A stretch of DNA of 62,847 bases, filler included, from Catajapyx aquilonaris (Eukaryota), in NCBI GenBank assembly GCA_000934665.2. It is 2 parts of 2 records of this genome, joined end to end, with 100 filler letters (N's around TTAATTAATTAA, not from the genome) between each part and the next. Parts side by side here need not be neighbours in the genome. Positions count along the whole stretch, not along the records: positions 1 to 31,452 come from JYFJ02004544.1; positions 31,553 to 62,847 come from JYFJ02004545.1. The stretch is one strand, 5' to 3'. How positions within the stretch are numbered: position 1 is the stretch's first letter; every line of letters begins with the position of its first letter. Position numbers and translations under genes: made by a program. The notes beneath the pieces were generated by a model that was not told where the DNA came from, did not search any database, and saw only the letters and a program-made list of their open reading frames with translations. This document shows positions 24,600 through 35,303 of the stretch, piece by piece.

Positions 24600-27500
24600 T
24601 CAATATATAGGATGGTTGGGATATGAGGTCGGCGAAGACAAGGAGGAGCAGGGGCGTGGGCATATGTATAGTGGACCGATTTGCTTGATCGCCCCCGATC
24701 AGATCAGAACATGGGGACTCAGCCTTGAGACCAATGATGTGGACACTAATCAATCTCTATCCGCATCTATACGTCAGAAGACGAAGAAGCAGATGCCTCG
24801 TCCCATTCAGGTCAAACTAGGCTATATATCCAGCACTGCCCTTTGATGCATGCACCGATTCTGCACCGTTCTTCATCTCACTGGTGTTGGATCAACATAC
24901 AGTATGTATAGGTTGGAATTGGGGTGTTTATACCTCGTACACACACAAAATAGAAGGTGAAATGGAGGGGGTAGAATCGGCGCATTCTTTCTTTCCCCCA
25001 CCNCCCCATTAGTACCTCCCTTGAAGCAGCACATGACGTGTTTCCGCCGGATATTGAACCTTCCCCTCACCTCATCCCCCCTGTACCCAGCACCCACCCC
25101 TTTCCTGCACTCAGCACTATACAATCACCCTGTACACATCCAGCATGATGGGGGTTGACCAGCTACAGGCTACTGTTACAGCCAGGTCAACACTGAATGT
25201 CTCTCCTGTTTGGTCATATACACGTTGGGTTATCTGCTGGGGTTCACATGCACCACTCATGCAGCAGTATATAAGCCATAAATTCATTATTTCTGCAGGT
25301 TTGGGTGCGTGCACACGCGTGCAAATTTAAAACTATAAAAAATGAGTGGGATGGTGATGCGTATAGTGTCCTTACTGTGCTAGCCCCAGGTGGAGAGTGT
25401 CCCTGGCGTTCCTGAGCAGCGCGTGTGCGTCCGTGTTCCTCATGTGAGCGGTGGGGACGCCCTCGATGCTCCAGATCAGGTCTCCCTCACGCACTCCAGC
25501 ACACGCAGCCTTGCTCCCTGGGTTCACCTATATATGCGAGAAAGACAGGCCAAGAGATGATGTCGAATAAAGTATATATATTACAAATAAATTGGGGGGG
25601 AATTGCACCACTGCGATTATTACTATTTCAGCATGCAAGTCCAGGCAAATCTGGCTATGAGACACTCCTGATGGCCACTTGAGCAGCCTCGTGAGAAGAA
25701 TATACTTCAAGGAGGGGGAACCTAACCCAGCACTTGTTGGTTTCAATTGCTGGCCCGGTCAGCACCACTTGACATTACCCTGCATTCTACAGCCTACACA
25801 TGCAGGGCGTTCCTAAGAGGTTTGCTCCTTTTATGCCCGATTGCACCAACGAAATTACCGATTCGATAGCTCCTAACAGATCGTTTGGAAAATGTTAAAT
25901 GGGCTCCTAACGATCCATTAGGAGCTATTGGATTGGTAATTTCGGTTGGTGCAATCGGGCATTGTCACTACTGCGGGTGATCCATCGATAAGGCACGAAC
26001 TGGTTGGAGGGAGTCTACCAGCACGACAAAAGGACCAGACAACAATCCGACTGTCACAACTATACATATGTCCCTCCTAACGCACCACGAATCTCCTTTT
26101 TCGTCGTCCGCAGAAGAGTCGTCCGAACATGACGGAAGTCAAGTGACGGTGGACACGCCACAAGAACCCGGCGGCCGAAGAGGCATGTCGTCGGACAGCA
26201 GAAGGAATCAGACCTCTTCCACCTATTGTTGCTGCTGGTTGCGACAGACACCACACTGCTGTGCACAGTACTACCAACGTCCGAGTACTCCTCCTCGGTA
26301 CGTGTTACAGAGTGAGCCGGGCTTTGAAGCATCGCGGGATGGGAAACCCGATCCCAACGCAACGGTGTGGGGCATGGAAACCCGACCCGGTCCATGACGT
26401 GCAACCACCCCAGCAGCCGGCACCAGTCACGACAACACGCGGTATACAATATCCGATACCGCGCACGCCCACCCTGCTGCTGCTCGATGCTGCATGTCCG
26501 GTGGTGGTGGTGCCTCGCTCCATCCCCCTGCTTGGAGCACCCCCGAACATTTTTTATCGGTCACGTCATCATCACCACCTCCAGCAGTGGTTCCCACCAA
26601 AAAGATTGTTGCATAACAGACGTATACACTGCATCGATCTAGGATCTCGTGCAGCAGTTGTATCTATAGTTGAGTATAGTATTATTAGTGCAGCAGGCAG
26701 GCAGGCAGGCAGGCTGGCACCCCCAAATGTCTATATTCGGTGGCGTAAACACGCACCGATCAGACATAAACAGTTCAGCAGGTTGTACATGTTTATGCGC
26801 CAGCAGTTTCATTCAAGGGGTGAGTTACACTGACCATTGTCCACCCTCCTCCCCCATCACGCGGGATCCATTCATTCCGAGTCCGTACGCATGTTGTTAT
26901 TACGACACAATGCGCGGTATCTATAGGGGTGTGACCTTCGCATAATAACATACTCGACTGCGGGTAATGCCAACCAGCAAACAGCTGAGCCTCAGTGCTG
27001 TGTGTGCAGCAGGTGCATGACTCAACTTACGGGTTATATCCATGGGGAAAACAGGAAGCTGCTCCCTAAGTTTCGTTACTCTGCAATTTTTGCGATAAAA
27101 CATGGGTGGGACGATGCGGATCGCTGTTTATTAGTATAACTTGGATATAATTATCTGAGAGCATGTATATGGCAAGTAATGGCTCCAAGGCTGCCAGCAT
27201 AAACGCCATTAATCAGTCCAACGAGTGAGCGGTTGGCACCCTTTTCTTCCACAACTTTTTTCCCCCTATATCGGCAAGCTACAAATACAATATGCATTAT
27301 TCAGATGGTGCCTGTGCCGGAATATACTTGGGAGTTTGAAAAGAGGAGTCACCAACTGGAACATTACTCCCCTCTGAATTTTATATCTGAAATTTCTCCA
27401 CAGGTCCATAGCTCGACCACTTGGCAAAATAATCCGCGCGTGTGGATCCCCCCCTAAAAAAGGCGAAGGTCAGTGTGACGTATATTGTGCCCGTATTACA

Positions 27501-29363
27501 TATCATCATGAACTGAAAGCGGACTTTTAACCTTGTAGACATGCGTAGAGTGGTCGCTCAAACTCACTTGTAGCATGCTGTTGATGGTCCCAAGTGCACA
27601 TCCGACAAATGCTATCAGTGTAACATATACTGATACTGCCCGTACCTGGCTCGGCGTCGTCCACCAAGCTGACCCCACCCTCAGTAAATAATAATAAGGG
27701 CACTCCTCCTCCTCCTTCCCCTGTGATGTGCACCGGCCTGTGACCACCACCTGCCTGATGACGATGATGCACCACCACAGTCACTAAATGCGCAAAAGAT
27801 ATATATCCCGAATGGCGAGTATACGCCAAGTACGACGTGCGTGTGTTACCTTGCAGACCAACCACAACACTGCTGATCAAGGGGATGAGAGTCAAGGTCG
27901 GGCACCTCGACCTTTGACCCCCGGCCTGCCGGTCCGCGCCTTCCCTATCAGATCTGCTGTAATAAACGGCCCGAAAGGCGCCTATCTCTGTGGTGGGGTG
28001 GGGGAGAAGGACTGCACAGTTAAATCAGTCCTTTTAATCCCCCCCTCCCCTTCCAACCACCTCTCCCTACATATAGGGGGAGTTACGCAATCAGATAAGC
28101 GATAAAGAACATGCCGCACAGTGTATACCTATGCAATAATTATTGATGATCGGATTTGCCTGTAAAATGCACGTGGTGAATCGCTTTCCTTGGTAAGATG
28201 GCAGCCGCGGTGTACTGCTGCGCACACGTGTATCGTATTTGATTGTATTGTTGGTTGCCACCAACTGTGCCAGCTCATCCTTATTTACTGACAGCCAGCA
28301 AGAACATATGCAAGTGCTGGGCACAACTGCTGGAAACCAACAATCCGCAGGCAAGTATACCTGCTGCTGTATGTGTGTCCTGACTTTCGGGTCACCCTGT
28401 GCATTCCGCTTGTGCTGTACAGGCCTCCGGTCGGAAGCACGGAGGAAAAGACTGATGTATACAAATGGAGGTACGCCACCCTGCACGTGCTCCTGGAAAT
28501 CGATTCTGTATACACCACTCTGCTTATATATACGTGCCCAGCAGGAAGGGAACCACCCAAAAGTTTGTTCCCCTTCGTGTAGTTCAACCCACACCTTGCT
28601 TCACATTGTTGCTCACCCTATATACCCAGGAAGGGAAGGCAGCAGAGTCAACAATCACGTACATCGGACTGCGTATATGATTGGGGGGTTAACAAGTAAT
28701 CAGTCACACCCGCAGAACTGTGCAATCAGAGGGCAACGCCGGCATCACCTTCCATTATCTTACGGTCTTACTATACACATACAAAGCATGAAGACTGTCG
28801 GTATTTATGTATGCCACGGCTACCTAACCCACTTCCGGACTACTGAGACTGGCAGCATACTGGCGGAACCCTGCTAACTAGTTGTTGTTGTTATTATTAT
28901 TATTATTGTTGTTGTTGTTGTTATTATTATGAGGAGGAGGAGGAGGCAGTGTCAATGTGCGTGGTTGGGTATATGCGAGTGAGAGTATGAATGGCGGGTG
29001 GACAAGTGTGCCAGGGTCCCCGGATCCAAGGTCGAGCACCTGTCAACACAACGCGCGGTTTTATCGGGAATTGTATATTGGCAGCGAGGCTGGGTTGTAT
29101 AGGAAATGTGCAAATCAGGTGAAATTGACGGTTCACGTGTCTAACAGGACGTGTAACGAACGACGTAATGTACTGTACAGTGTAAGCTAAGGTATTATGT
29201 ATTATATATGGAGGCATGGTTGACGTACCCTGGCGACCCTGAGGGGCGTCCCCTGGTCGTGTCCTCCGTGCATCCGGAACCCCCAAGGGGCTCCTCCGCA
29301 CAGGACCACTCCGAAGGTGCCTCCTCCAGACGACGACGACGGTCCTCCGCCATTGCCACGCAT
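8376..29363 (-). CDS. CAP: CAP/SORBS (sorbin and SH3 domain / vinexin-ponsin family) adaptor with N-terminal PDZ, SoHo and three SH3 domains; multi-exon, alternatively spliced
   Basis: Phase-consistent chain: 29363-29229, 25527-25376, 22233-22130, 21398-21276, 18729-18568, 15220-14612, 14229-14114, 13834-13762, 13259-13224, 13166-12708, 9883-9676, 9566-9426, 9332-9024, 8953-8657, 8544-8376. This totals 3093 nt (1030 aa + stop). SoHo motif [26 protein letters not shown]; also [49 protein letters not shown] and three SH3s. Confidence 0.9.
8657..8953 (-). CDS. CAP: CAP exon: second half of SH3-2 and linker
   Basis: aaacag|G CTA, donor [24 protein letters not shown]. Confidence 0.9.
9024..9332 (-). 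CDS. CAP: CAP exon: SH3-1 and first half of SH3-2
   Basis: ttgcag|A GAG, donor [36 protein letters not shown]. Confidence 0.9.
9426..9566 (-). CDS. CAP: CAP exon: [14 protein letters not shown] and start of SH3-1
   Basis: ccaacag|G CCG, donor AG|GTGAGG. Confidence 0.88.
9676..9883 (-). CDS. CAP: CAP exon: coiled-coil region ([16 protein letters not shown])
   Basis: gttgcag|TG (phase 1), donor AC|GTGCGT (phase 2); conserved arthropod CAP block. Confidence 0.85.
10013..11946 (-). CDS. CAP: Large optional Pro/Ser/Arg-rich CAP exon (~640 aa); 3' junction unresolved
   Basis: Strong acceptor ccgctcccttgccccgttttag|GT in phase 1 with the upstream donor at 12708; frame open to TAA at 10013-10015. 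Confidence 0.7.
12708..13166 (-). CDS. CAP: CAP exon ([26 protein letters not shown])
   Basis: attgcag|GG, donor G|GTGAGT. Confidence 0.9.
13224..13259 (-). CDS. CAP: CAP 36-nt exon ([12 protein letters not shown])
   Basis: ccttgttcctgcag|AT ... G|GTAGAT, phase 1-1, followed by a 57-nt intron. Confidence 0.8.
13465..13694 (-). mobile_element. tRNA(Ser-like)-derived SINE (family 3), intronic
   Basis: 14-bp TSD TGCCATCACATAAC at 13451-13464 and 13695-13708; head GACTGCTAATC..GGTTCGAATCCC; homologous to the copies at 46720-47016 and 51515-51965. Confidence 0.88.
13762..13834 (-). CDS. CAP: CAP exon: SoHo domain C-terminal half
   Basis: gtttcag|GGC, donor [28 protein letters not shown]. Confidence 0.88.
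14114..14229 (-). CDS. CAP: CAP exon: SoHo domain N-terminal half
   Basis: cctgtttcag|TG, donor [29 protein letters not shown]. Confidence 0.88.
14612..15220 (-). CDS. CAP: CAP exon: Pro-rich region ([33 protein letters not shown])
   Basis: Branch point CACTAAC, acceptor tttccag|AC, donor A|GTGCGT. Confidence 0.85.
17683..17737 (-). CDS. CAP: Alternative first coding exon of a PDZ-less CAP isoform ([18 protein letters not shown])
   Basis: ATG at 17737 and strong phase-1 donor G|GTAAGA joining the 15220 acceptor in frame. Confidence 0.7.
18568..18729 (-). CDS. CAP: CAP cassette exon, 162 nt
   Basis: ttgcag|CT ... GCAG|GTCAGT; symmetric phase 1-1; open frame. Confidence 0.6.
19293..20167 (-). 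CDS. CAP: Large Glu/Lys/Arg-rich CAP exon; 3' end unresolved
   Basis: Acceptor atacag|GA in phase 1; ~290 open codons ([27 protein letters not shown]); no strong phase-1 donor before the stop at 19293. Confidence 0.6.
21276..21398 (-). CDS. CAP: CAP cassette exon, 123 nt, with CAGCAG tandem acceptor
   Basis: tgtctcctcag|cag ... GCAG|GTCAGT; symmetric phase 1-1. Confidence 0.62.
22130..22233 (-). CDS. CAP: CAP exon following the PDZ
   Basis: ttcttgtttcag|C ... TCAG|GTCAGT; phase 2 in (matches the PDZ exon), phase 1 out. Confidence 0.7.
24526..24596. repeat. (AT)n microsatellite
   Basis: About 35 uninterrupted AT units. Confidence 0.97.
25376..25527 (-). CDS. CAP: PDZ domain, second exon
   Basis: ctttctcgcatatatag|[53 protein letters not shown]; donor CA|GTAAGG. 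Confidence 0.9.
25833..25962. mobile_element. Small palindromic MITE, possibly PIF/Harbinger-like
   Basis: Imperfect ~44-bp inverted arms ATGCCCGATTGCACCAAC.. / ..GTTGGTGCAATCGGGCAT. Confidence 0.7.
29229..29363 (-). CDS. CAP: First coding exon: PDZ domain N-terminal half
   Basis: ATG 29363 with an in-frame TAG 11 codons upstream; [27 protein letters not shown]; donor AGG|GTACGT in phase 0. Confidence 0.9.
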
Positions 29364-29768
29364 CCTTCCGATCTGCCGGCGGCGCCTCTCTTCCTATATG
29401 ACGATCAGTATTCCTTCCACCACCACCACCACCGGCACTGATGGTGGTCGATCGTCAGCCTCGCCCTTATTCATCATCTTCTCCTCCTCCTCCTCACATG
29501 CTCTCAGTCAGAGGAACACGACACACAGCACAGGACTGACGACTCTTTATGCCTGTCTCTCTGCGTACGTGTGACACTATGCACACACTCGTGCACCACA
29601 CACACACACTCTACGCCGACTATACGTACGTCCTCTCTGAGAGCTCAGGCTCTCTTGTTTCTTGACTTTCTTCCCACGCCACCAATCAATGAGTGGAGAG
29701 ACGCCCCCGACGCCACCATCCCTCTCTCTCTCTCACCCCCTCTCCTTCCCTCACCCCAACCAGCCCAC

Positions 29769-29780
29769 CGTGACGTCACG
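29769..29780. promoter_or_regulatory. CRE/ATF palindrome upstream of the distal CAP first exon
   Basis: CGTGACGTCACG ~410 nt upstream of ATG 29363; CCAAT near 29682. Confidence 0.35.
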
Positions 29781-30716
29781 CAACACTACCACGTGCGGGG
29801 GGATGTAATACACTACACTCATTACCATGATGCTCATTACTATACACTCGCAGAATTTACAGTATATGCCTTCTGCACACGACCCGACGTTTAACGACGT
29901 GGTGCACCACTAGCACCAGCCATATCGACCCATCCTCTCTCTCTCTCTGTTGCATGTGCTGTGTACATATATACAGCACTGCCACTATGTTTACATGAGG
30001 GTTATTTGGGCTTTCGGAGGGACCAATGACGTCCCGGGTCAGACAGCACAAGGCCTTGGGACTCCACGTACATTGTTGCTGTCCAAGGCTCATCAATCAA
30101 CAATGATCTAGCTCGAGAACAATTAGCGCTTGTGATACACGGGTGTGACAAATGGCATGTCAAAGAGTTCAAGGCAACAGAGATACATGGGCAATGCAGA
30201 TTACAAGTAGCTGTGTAGGTAGCTTTTATTGCGCAATGGTCGAGTGATCCTTGACCGGTGCATGAAGACTGCTCTCCCTCTCTCTCTCTCTCTCTGCAGC
30301 TGCAACAATTAAGAGCAATTGCCCTGCATCCTACGGGTCTAACCCCACACCTCCAAATAATTTGAAGTAACGAGCCCAGGAGGTTGCAACCGGCCATTAA
30401 AGAATTGGACGCTGTTATACACTCATGTGTCCACGCACAAAAATGTCAACAAGTTAAGCCAAAGGATCGTACTTCAGTTAAAATCAATCTGGCGAAATCT
30501 GCATGCTTCTGCCGTAAATGGCCAAAACGAACACTGAATTAATTTCACAGGTGTGACCTTCAAAGCCGCTTTTCTTAAAACTGGTCTCGTGTGGGTCAAC
30601 TCATTATTGCATAACACCCTCCAATGACGCTGCCAGCGTGCAACATTACGCAGATGGCGTTGGGTTCACATTGCATACAGGGTGGCAGAGCGGTTGACAC
30701 CTTGTAGACACAGTGC

Positions 30717-31072
30717 TAGTACAGTGTTGCACATAAATCGAGGGATGCTGCTAGCGACATCTTCCGAAGCTGCAGAGGAAGGAATCTTGCTCGCCCGTGC
30801 TTGCAGTACTGCCGTCAGATGTAAGAAGAACGTAACTCAAAAACTAATAAGGGTGAAAGTTGCATGCATGCCCTGCACTAATCCCCCCTGACTCAGACGG
30901 GATTAGTGCAGGACAAGCATGCAACTTTCACCCTTACTAGTTTTTGAGTTACGGTCTCCTTACATCTGACGGCCGAGTATCCTTATCTTCCGATTCCTTC
31001 TTCTGCCCCTTCGGAAAATGTCGCTAGCCACCAGTGCCTCGAATGCCTCGATTAATGTCCAACACTGTACTA
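30717..31072. mobile_element. Nested palindromic MITEs: Tc1/mariner-like host with a second hairpin element (~30809-30977) in its spacer
   Basis: Outer arms are homologous to 60179-60346; inner arms GCCGTCAGATGTAAG.. / ..CTTACATCTGACGGC. Confidence 0.85.
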
Positions 31073-31452
31073 TACAGATCACGTTGCAGGTAAGATTAGT
31101 TTCTTTCCCCATCACGTTGCAAGTAAAATCGTTGTGGTGCTGGTTTTTATTACCTTGCAGGTATTTAAATACATAACAATTGCCCTATTGGATGCATCGA
31201 AACTGCACACCCAATCATTAACAAAACAAGTGTTTACTCGTGTAAATGAAAGCAGCATTTTATTCGGTGCTTTCGTCCCTGGTGCCACTCAAAGACTACA
31301 TAATATGATTAAGTTAAAATACATAGCAACATAAAAAAAAAAAAATTACACCCATCTTACAAACTGGTTCTCTTGTATGGATTTCTAGATGTCAATGATT
31401 TAAACCTTTTCGTCATTATTTATATATCCCCCCTCCCCCCTCCCCTTCCCCC

Positions 31453-31552
31453 NNNNNNNNNNNNNNNNNNNNNNNNNNNNNNNNNNNNNNNNNNNNTTAA
31501 TTAATTAANNNNNNNNNNNNNNNNNNNNNNNNNNNNNNNNNNNNNNNNNNNN
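31453..31552. other. Artificial assembly gap/linker
   Basis: 44 N + TTAATTAATTAA + 44 N; the 12-mer places stops in all six frames. Confidence 0.95.
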
Positions 31553-31579
31553 CGTCGCTGGGTCGTCCGCGTCACTCAC

Positions 31580-31619
31580 TCGATTTGTAAACAGTGGCAA
31601 CAATGGAAGCGCTCTCCAT
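31580..31619 (-). CDS. Candidate first coding exon (MESASIVATVYKS) of a gene cut by the gap
   Basis: cagcccATGG start context and A|GTGAGT donor, 33 nt from the X-box. Confidence 0.3.
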
Positions 31620-31651
31620 GGGCTGATGTTTGAATTGGTCCGCCGGACGGG

Positions 31652-31664
31652 GTTGCCAGGTAAC
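31652..31664. promoter_or_regulatory. RFX X-box-like motif in a GC-rich promoter-like patch
   Basis: GTTGCCAGGTAAC fits GTNRCC-N(0-3)-RGYAAC. Confidence 0.45.
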
Positions 31665-33802
31665 GCCGCCGCCGCCGGAAAAAAAACATTCAGCGACGGC
31701 TAATATGTCCAGCACTGTACCCACTATCAAGCATCATTTGCACCAAAAATGTTAGTGGACCAAGCAATATACGTGTCCTACAGATTACCTCGACTCACTA
31801 TAATTCCAATGAAAATATATTCAAAATACTGTATACTAAAATATATAGTGCTAATATTGGTTACACAAAATCACTCAAAGAGAAAATCAACCAGCTCTAA
31901 GCTTAAAATGGCTAGAAAAAGCAAACAAGTTTTTTAAACGCTCCCTATTTTTTCATCACAATAAGAATGTAGCTCACATGTTATTAGATCAATAAATAGC
32001 TCTGTATCGTACAAACTGACGATGAACTATTTGTAATCACTTTTTGTTGTTTGGTTTTGATCAACAGCATCTACTGTTATGATTCCAGAAGACCACGTTA
32101 CTGCCTACTCTCCAGACACGCCAATGCTGCAGTCAACTCACTCACTCCTTTACGACACATATATCCGGTGACAAAAATAGGAAAGTAAGAAAGCAGCAGT
32201 ACCAGAAGAAATAAACCGTCCAGGGAAAATTTATTGCAATGGATAAGCAGCCGAGAGAAGCAAAAAGGCACTCCTCCTGTCAGGATGGTTATTCGGCCCG
32301 GGATTCAATCCCAGGACCTACAGGATTACATGAAGGTTATCCTCGATTTAATGATATCCATAGGAGTATCTGGAAACCACACACTGAATAATTCTATTCA
32401 ACCTTTAACCAAACCATTCAACTAAATTCTGCACGGTTATAATGAGCATTATGAAAAATTAATTTTTACACAAGCAACTCTTTTGCAACATGAGTTAACT
32501 GAACAAAAATGGAGTTTCCTGTACTAGTAAAATATTTATAGACCACTTCTAAACAGCTATGGGACTACAGTAGGTCTATAGCTTAACCATATTTAACCGC
32601 CTTAGAAAATAAACACAAACTTGCTCTTGACTTAGCCTAAAGCTCGAATAACTAGTAAGGACGCTAATGAGTAACAAACTCTCATCATAAGAGCAGCTTA
32701 AAAATTGAAGGAGCTCATAATATCATGTAGCTCCCAGAGTTTGTTTTATGTGCAGTGCATGTCCATTGGGTTAATGGACGACAAGAACACACATCGTATA
32801 CGCACACAAAAATAATAAATCAATATCAAATTATGGCTGGTGTGTGGACAATAACAAAGGCTTGCATGTTGGCCAAACTAGCCGTGTAGAAGGAACCTCC
32901 ACCTACTTTTCATATTGGGGTTCATTCAAATTTCCATACTATCAGAAATTTTATATTTCGCATAAGACAGAGCCATGACCAGAGTCGTTCCAAATTGGAC
33001 CGAATAAATGGTGTGAACGGAACGGTATGGACGTACTCCAATTGAAAAAAAAAAAAACGTACCGGGATTAATCGACATTCAGCAATAAATCAGCATATCG
33101 TTTCAGATACTGTCATTCATTGATGGGATCACTTTAACCATATTTAAAATTGTGAGTGATATGACTGATACATCCACATCGATACTTTGTGAAATCTGTA
33201 ATTTCGGGTCCATTATTAGAAAAAGGCAGGATAGATTATCGATTTTCTCTGGACACATGAAAAGTTCATGAATCCTGCGGACCACAATTTCCGGCTAAAG
33301 AGAGGGAGGGGGGGGGAGGCTATACCCTCAGCTTCACCCCACCACCATCAAATACCTCAAACAAGACGCCCGACGTCATATTTCAGGAGAAAATTCCGGA
33401 AAAGGCCCTTTAAACAGCAGCCAAAACAGTCCTGGTTTACGCCACCTCATGAGGAGGCGTAGAACTAAGACATTTTTTGTAGCAGTAAGTTACTACAGTA
33501 CTACATTTTTTGTTGAATGTGGCGGAGTCCCGAGTTACGGACAGACTTCTGTTTCCAGTGCAACTACACCAAAAAACATTCCTAACTGAGGCGTTATTTG
33601 CTTTAAAGAATATCCCAAGAGGAACACGCACTACGTACTAGTACGTAGTTTGGTCGGATGATGGGGGGTCACGATTAGTACCGTACTTTTTAAGAGCATT
33701 TCGCCGTTGCATCAGAGTAATCATGACGAAGTAAACTGAGATCACTAAAAAGAGCTCAAAATTATGTAGGCCTACTGCACGACACCGCGAAGGGGAGGAG
33801 CT

Positions 33803-33974
33803 GATTTTGGATTGTGGGTGGAAACGAGAGAACTCCGGGAAAACCCATGCTAACACGAAGAGAACCCGTGAAAACTCTTTCCACTTCAGAAAATCCTCAG
33901 TCCGACACGAGGATCGAACCTCACAGAGAATCTCAGAGGTGGAAGGGTGCGGCCATAGCCACAACACTACACCC
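33803..33974 (-). mobile_element. Diverged partial SINE (family 1)
   Basis: Reverse complement aligns by eye to the head and body of 39819-40086. Confidence 0.75.
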
Positions 33975-34616
33975 AGCATATTTTCTATATGACATAACAA
34001 TATTGCTTTCTCACATAGGTAAGCCTACTGAGCCGTAATGGGCCTGAAGACTGAAGGATAAAGGTAGCGACGGAAAGTGAATCATGTTTGGAAAAATCAC
34101 CAAGGCAAAAGGTTTTCAAAAAGTTATTAGCAATTTTTTTTTCTCCAGGTCACATGAGAAGTGCAGTGCAGGTCATGATAATTATGAGAACTGTCACTGA
34201 GGCCACTATCTGTTAGAAATCATTTTAAAAATTAGATAGTGGATCAATGTGATGTAACAATGTGGGGGAATATAACCGAGTCTCGTACACCATAGAGAAG
34301 CTTCTATGTGTGTTACTCATTCTAGTCTCATACCATGGGAAATAAAGGGATGCACCGATGCGGCCAGAACTGAGACCATCGGCCATGCACGCTGGAAGCT
34401 CCTACATAAAACAACCTCTACAGACTTCATTTTGGTTTATATATGGTCCCATTGCTGCGGTTTCCAATTGTTGCAGGCTTCTGAACCACATCGTAGGGAA
34501 ACTGTACTCTTACATAATTAATAATGAAGAAACAGCGTTTCAAAACCCGATCTATTATTTATGAAATTAATGATTGCAACACAGACAAATTAATTCGCAG
34601 AACCTTGATACAGTTA

Positions 34617-34703
34617 AGGCCATTTCACAAAAAAATGTCGCGCGGCAAACGGCGCGCGTTGCGGCAAATTTTTTGTTTGCGACATTTTTTTGTGAAATGG
34701 CCT
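34617..34703. mobile_element. 87-bp PIF/Harbinger (Tourist)-like MITE
   Basis: Perfect 25-bp TIR AGGCCATTTCACAAAAAAATGTCGC; TTA TSD at 34614-34616 and 34704-34706. Confidence 0.8.
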
Positions 34704-34731
34704 TTACACGTTTTCATGCGTTTCAAATTTT

Positions 34732-35303
34732 TATGTTAGGCTCACATCCCTAAAACGCTCATTGAGCGAAGAAAACGACCAGACCTAGGTCTGGACGTTT
34801 TCAAACCATCCAGAACTAGGTGTGGTAGTTTTAAACCATCCAGGACTAGGTGTGGGCGTGTTAACCCATAAGATATATTTGCCAAACGTCCCATACAAGG
34901 GACACCTGCACAGTTGTTATAATTATGTTAATTTATCGTGTTAGTTTGTCTTCTGTTAAAGAGCTGCCAGTAGTCACAAGTGCTTCAGTTGACAAACAGC
35001 TAATGATGCAGGTTCAATATTGATCACTATGATCAGTATTGCTTCCATGGAAACAATTTTTAACCTGCATCATTAGCTGTTTGTCAACTGAAGCACTCGT
35101 GACTATTGCCAGCTCTTTAGCAGAAGAAAAACTAACGCAATAAATTAAAATATAACAACTGTGCAGGTGTTCCTTGTAGGAGACATTTGGCAAATATGGG
35201 TTAACACGCTCACACCTAGTCCTGAATGGTTTAAAACGACCACACCTAGGTCTGTTAGTTTTTTTTCGCTCGATGAGCGTTTTCGGGGTTTGAGCCTAAC
35301 ATA
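34732..35303. mobile_element. ~570-bp foldback non-autonomous DNA transposon with TA flanks
   Basis: TA|TGTTAGGCTCA..TGAGCCTAACA|TA; ~250-290 bp arms around a ~30-bp spacer; the left arm has an extra copy of a 30-bp subrepeat. Confidence 0.88.
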
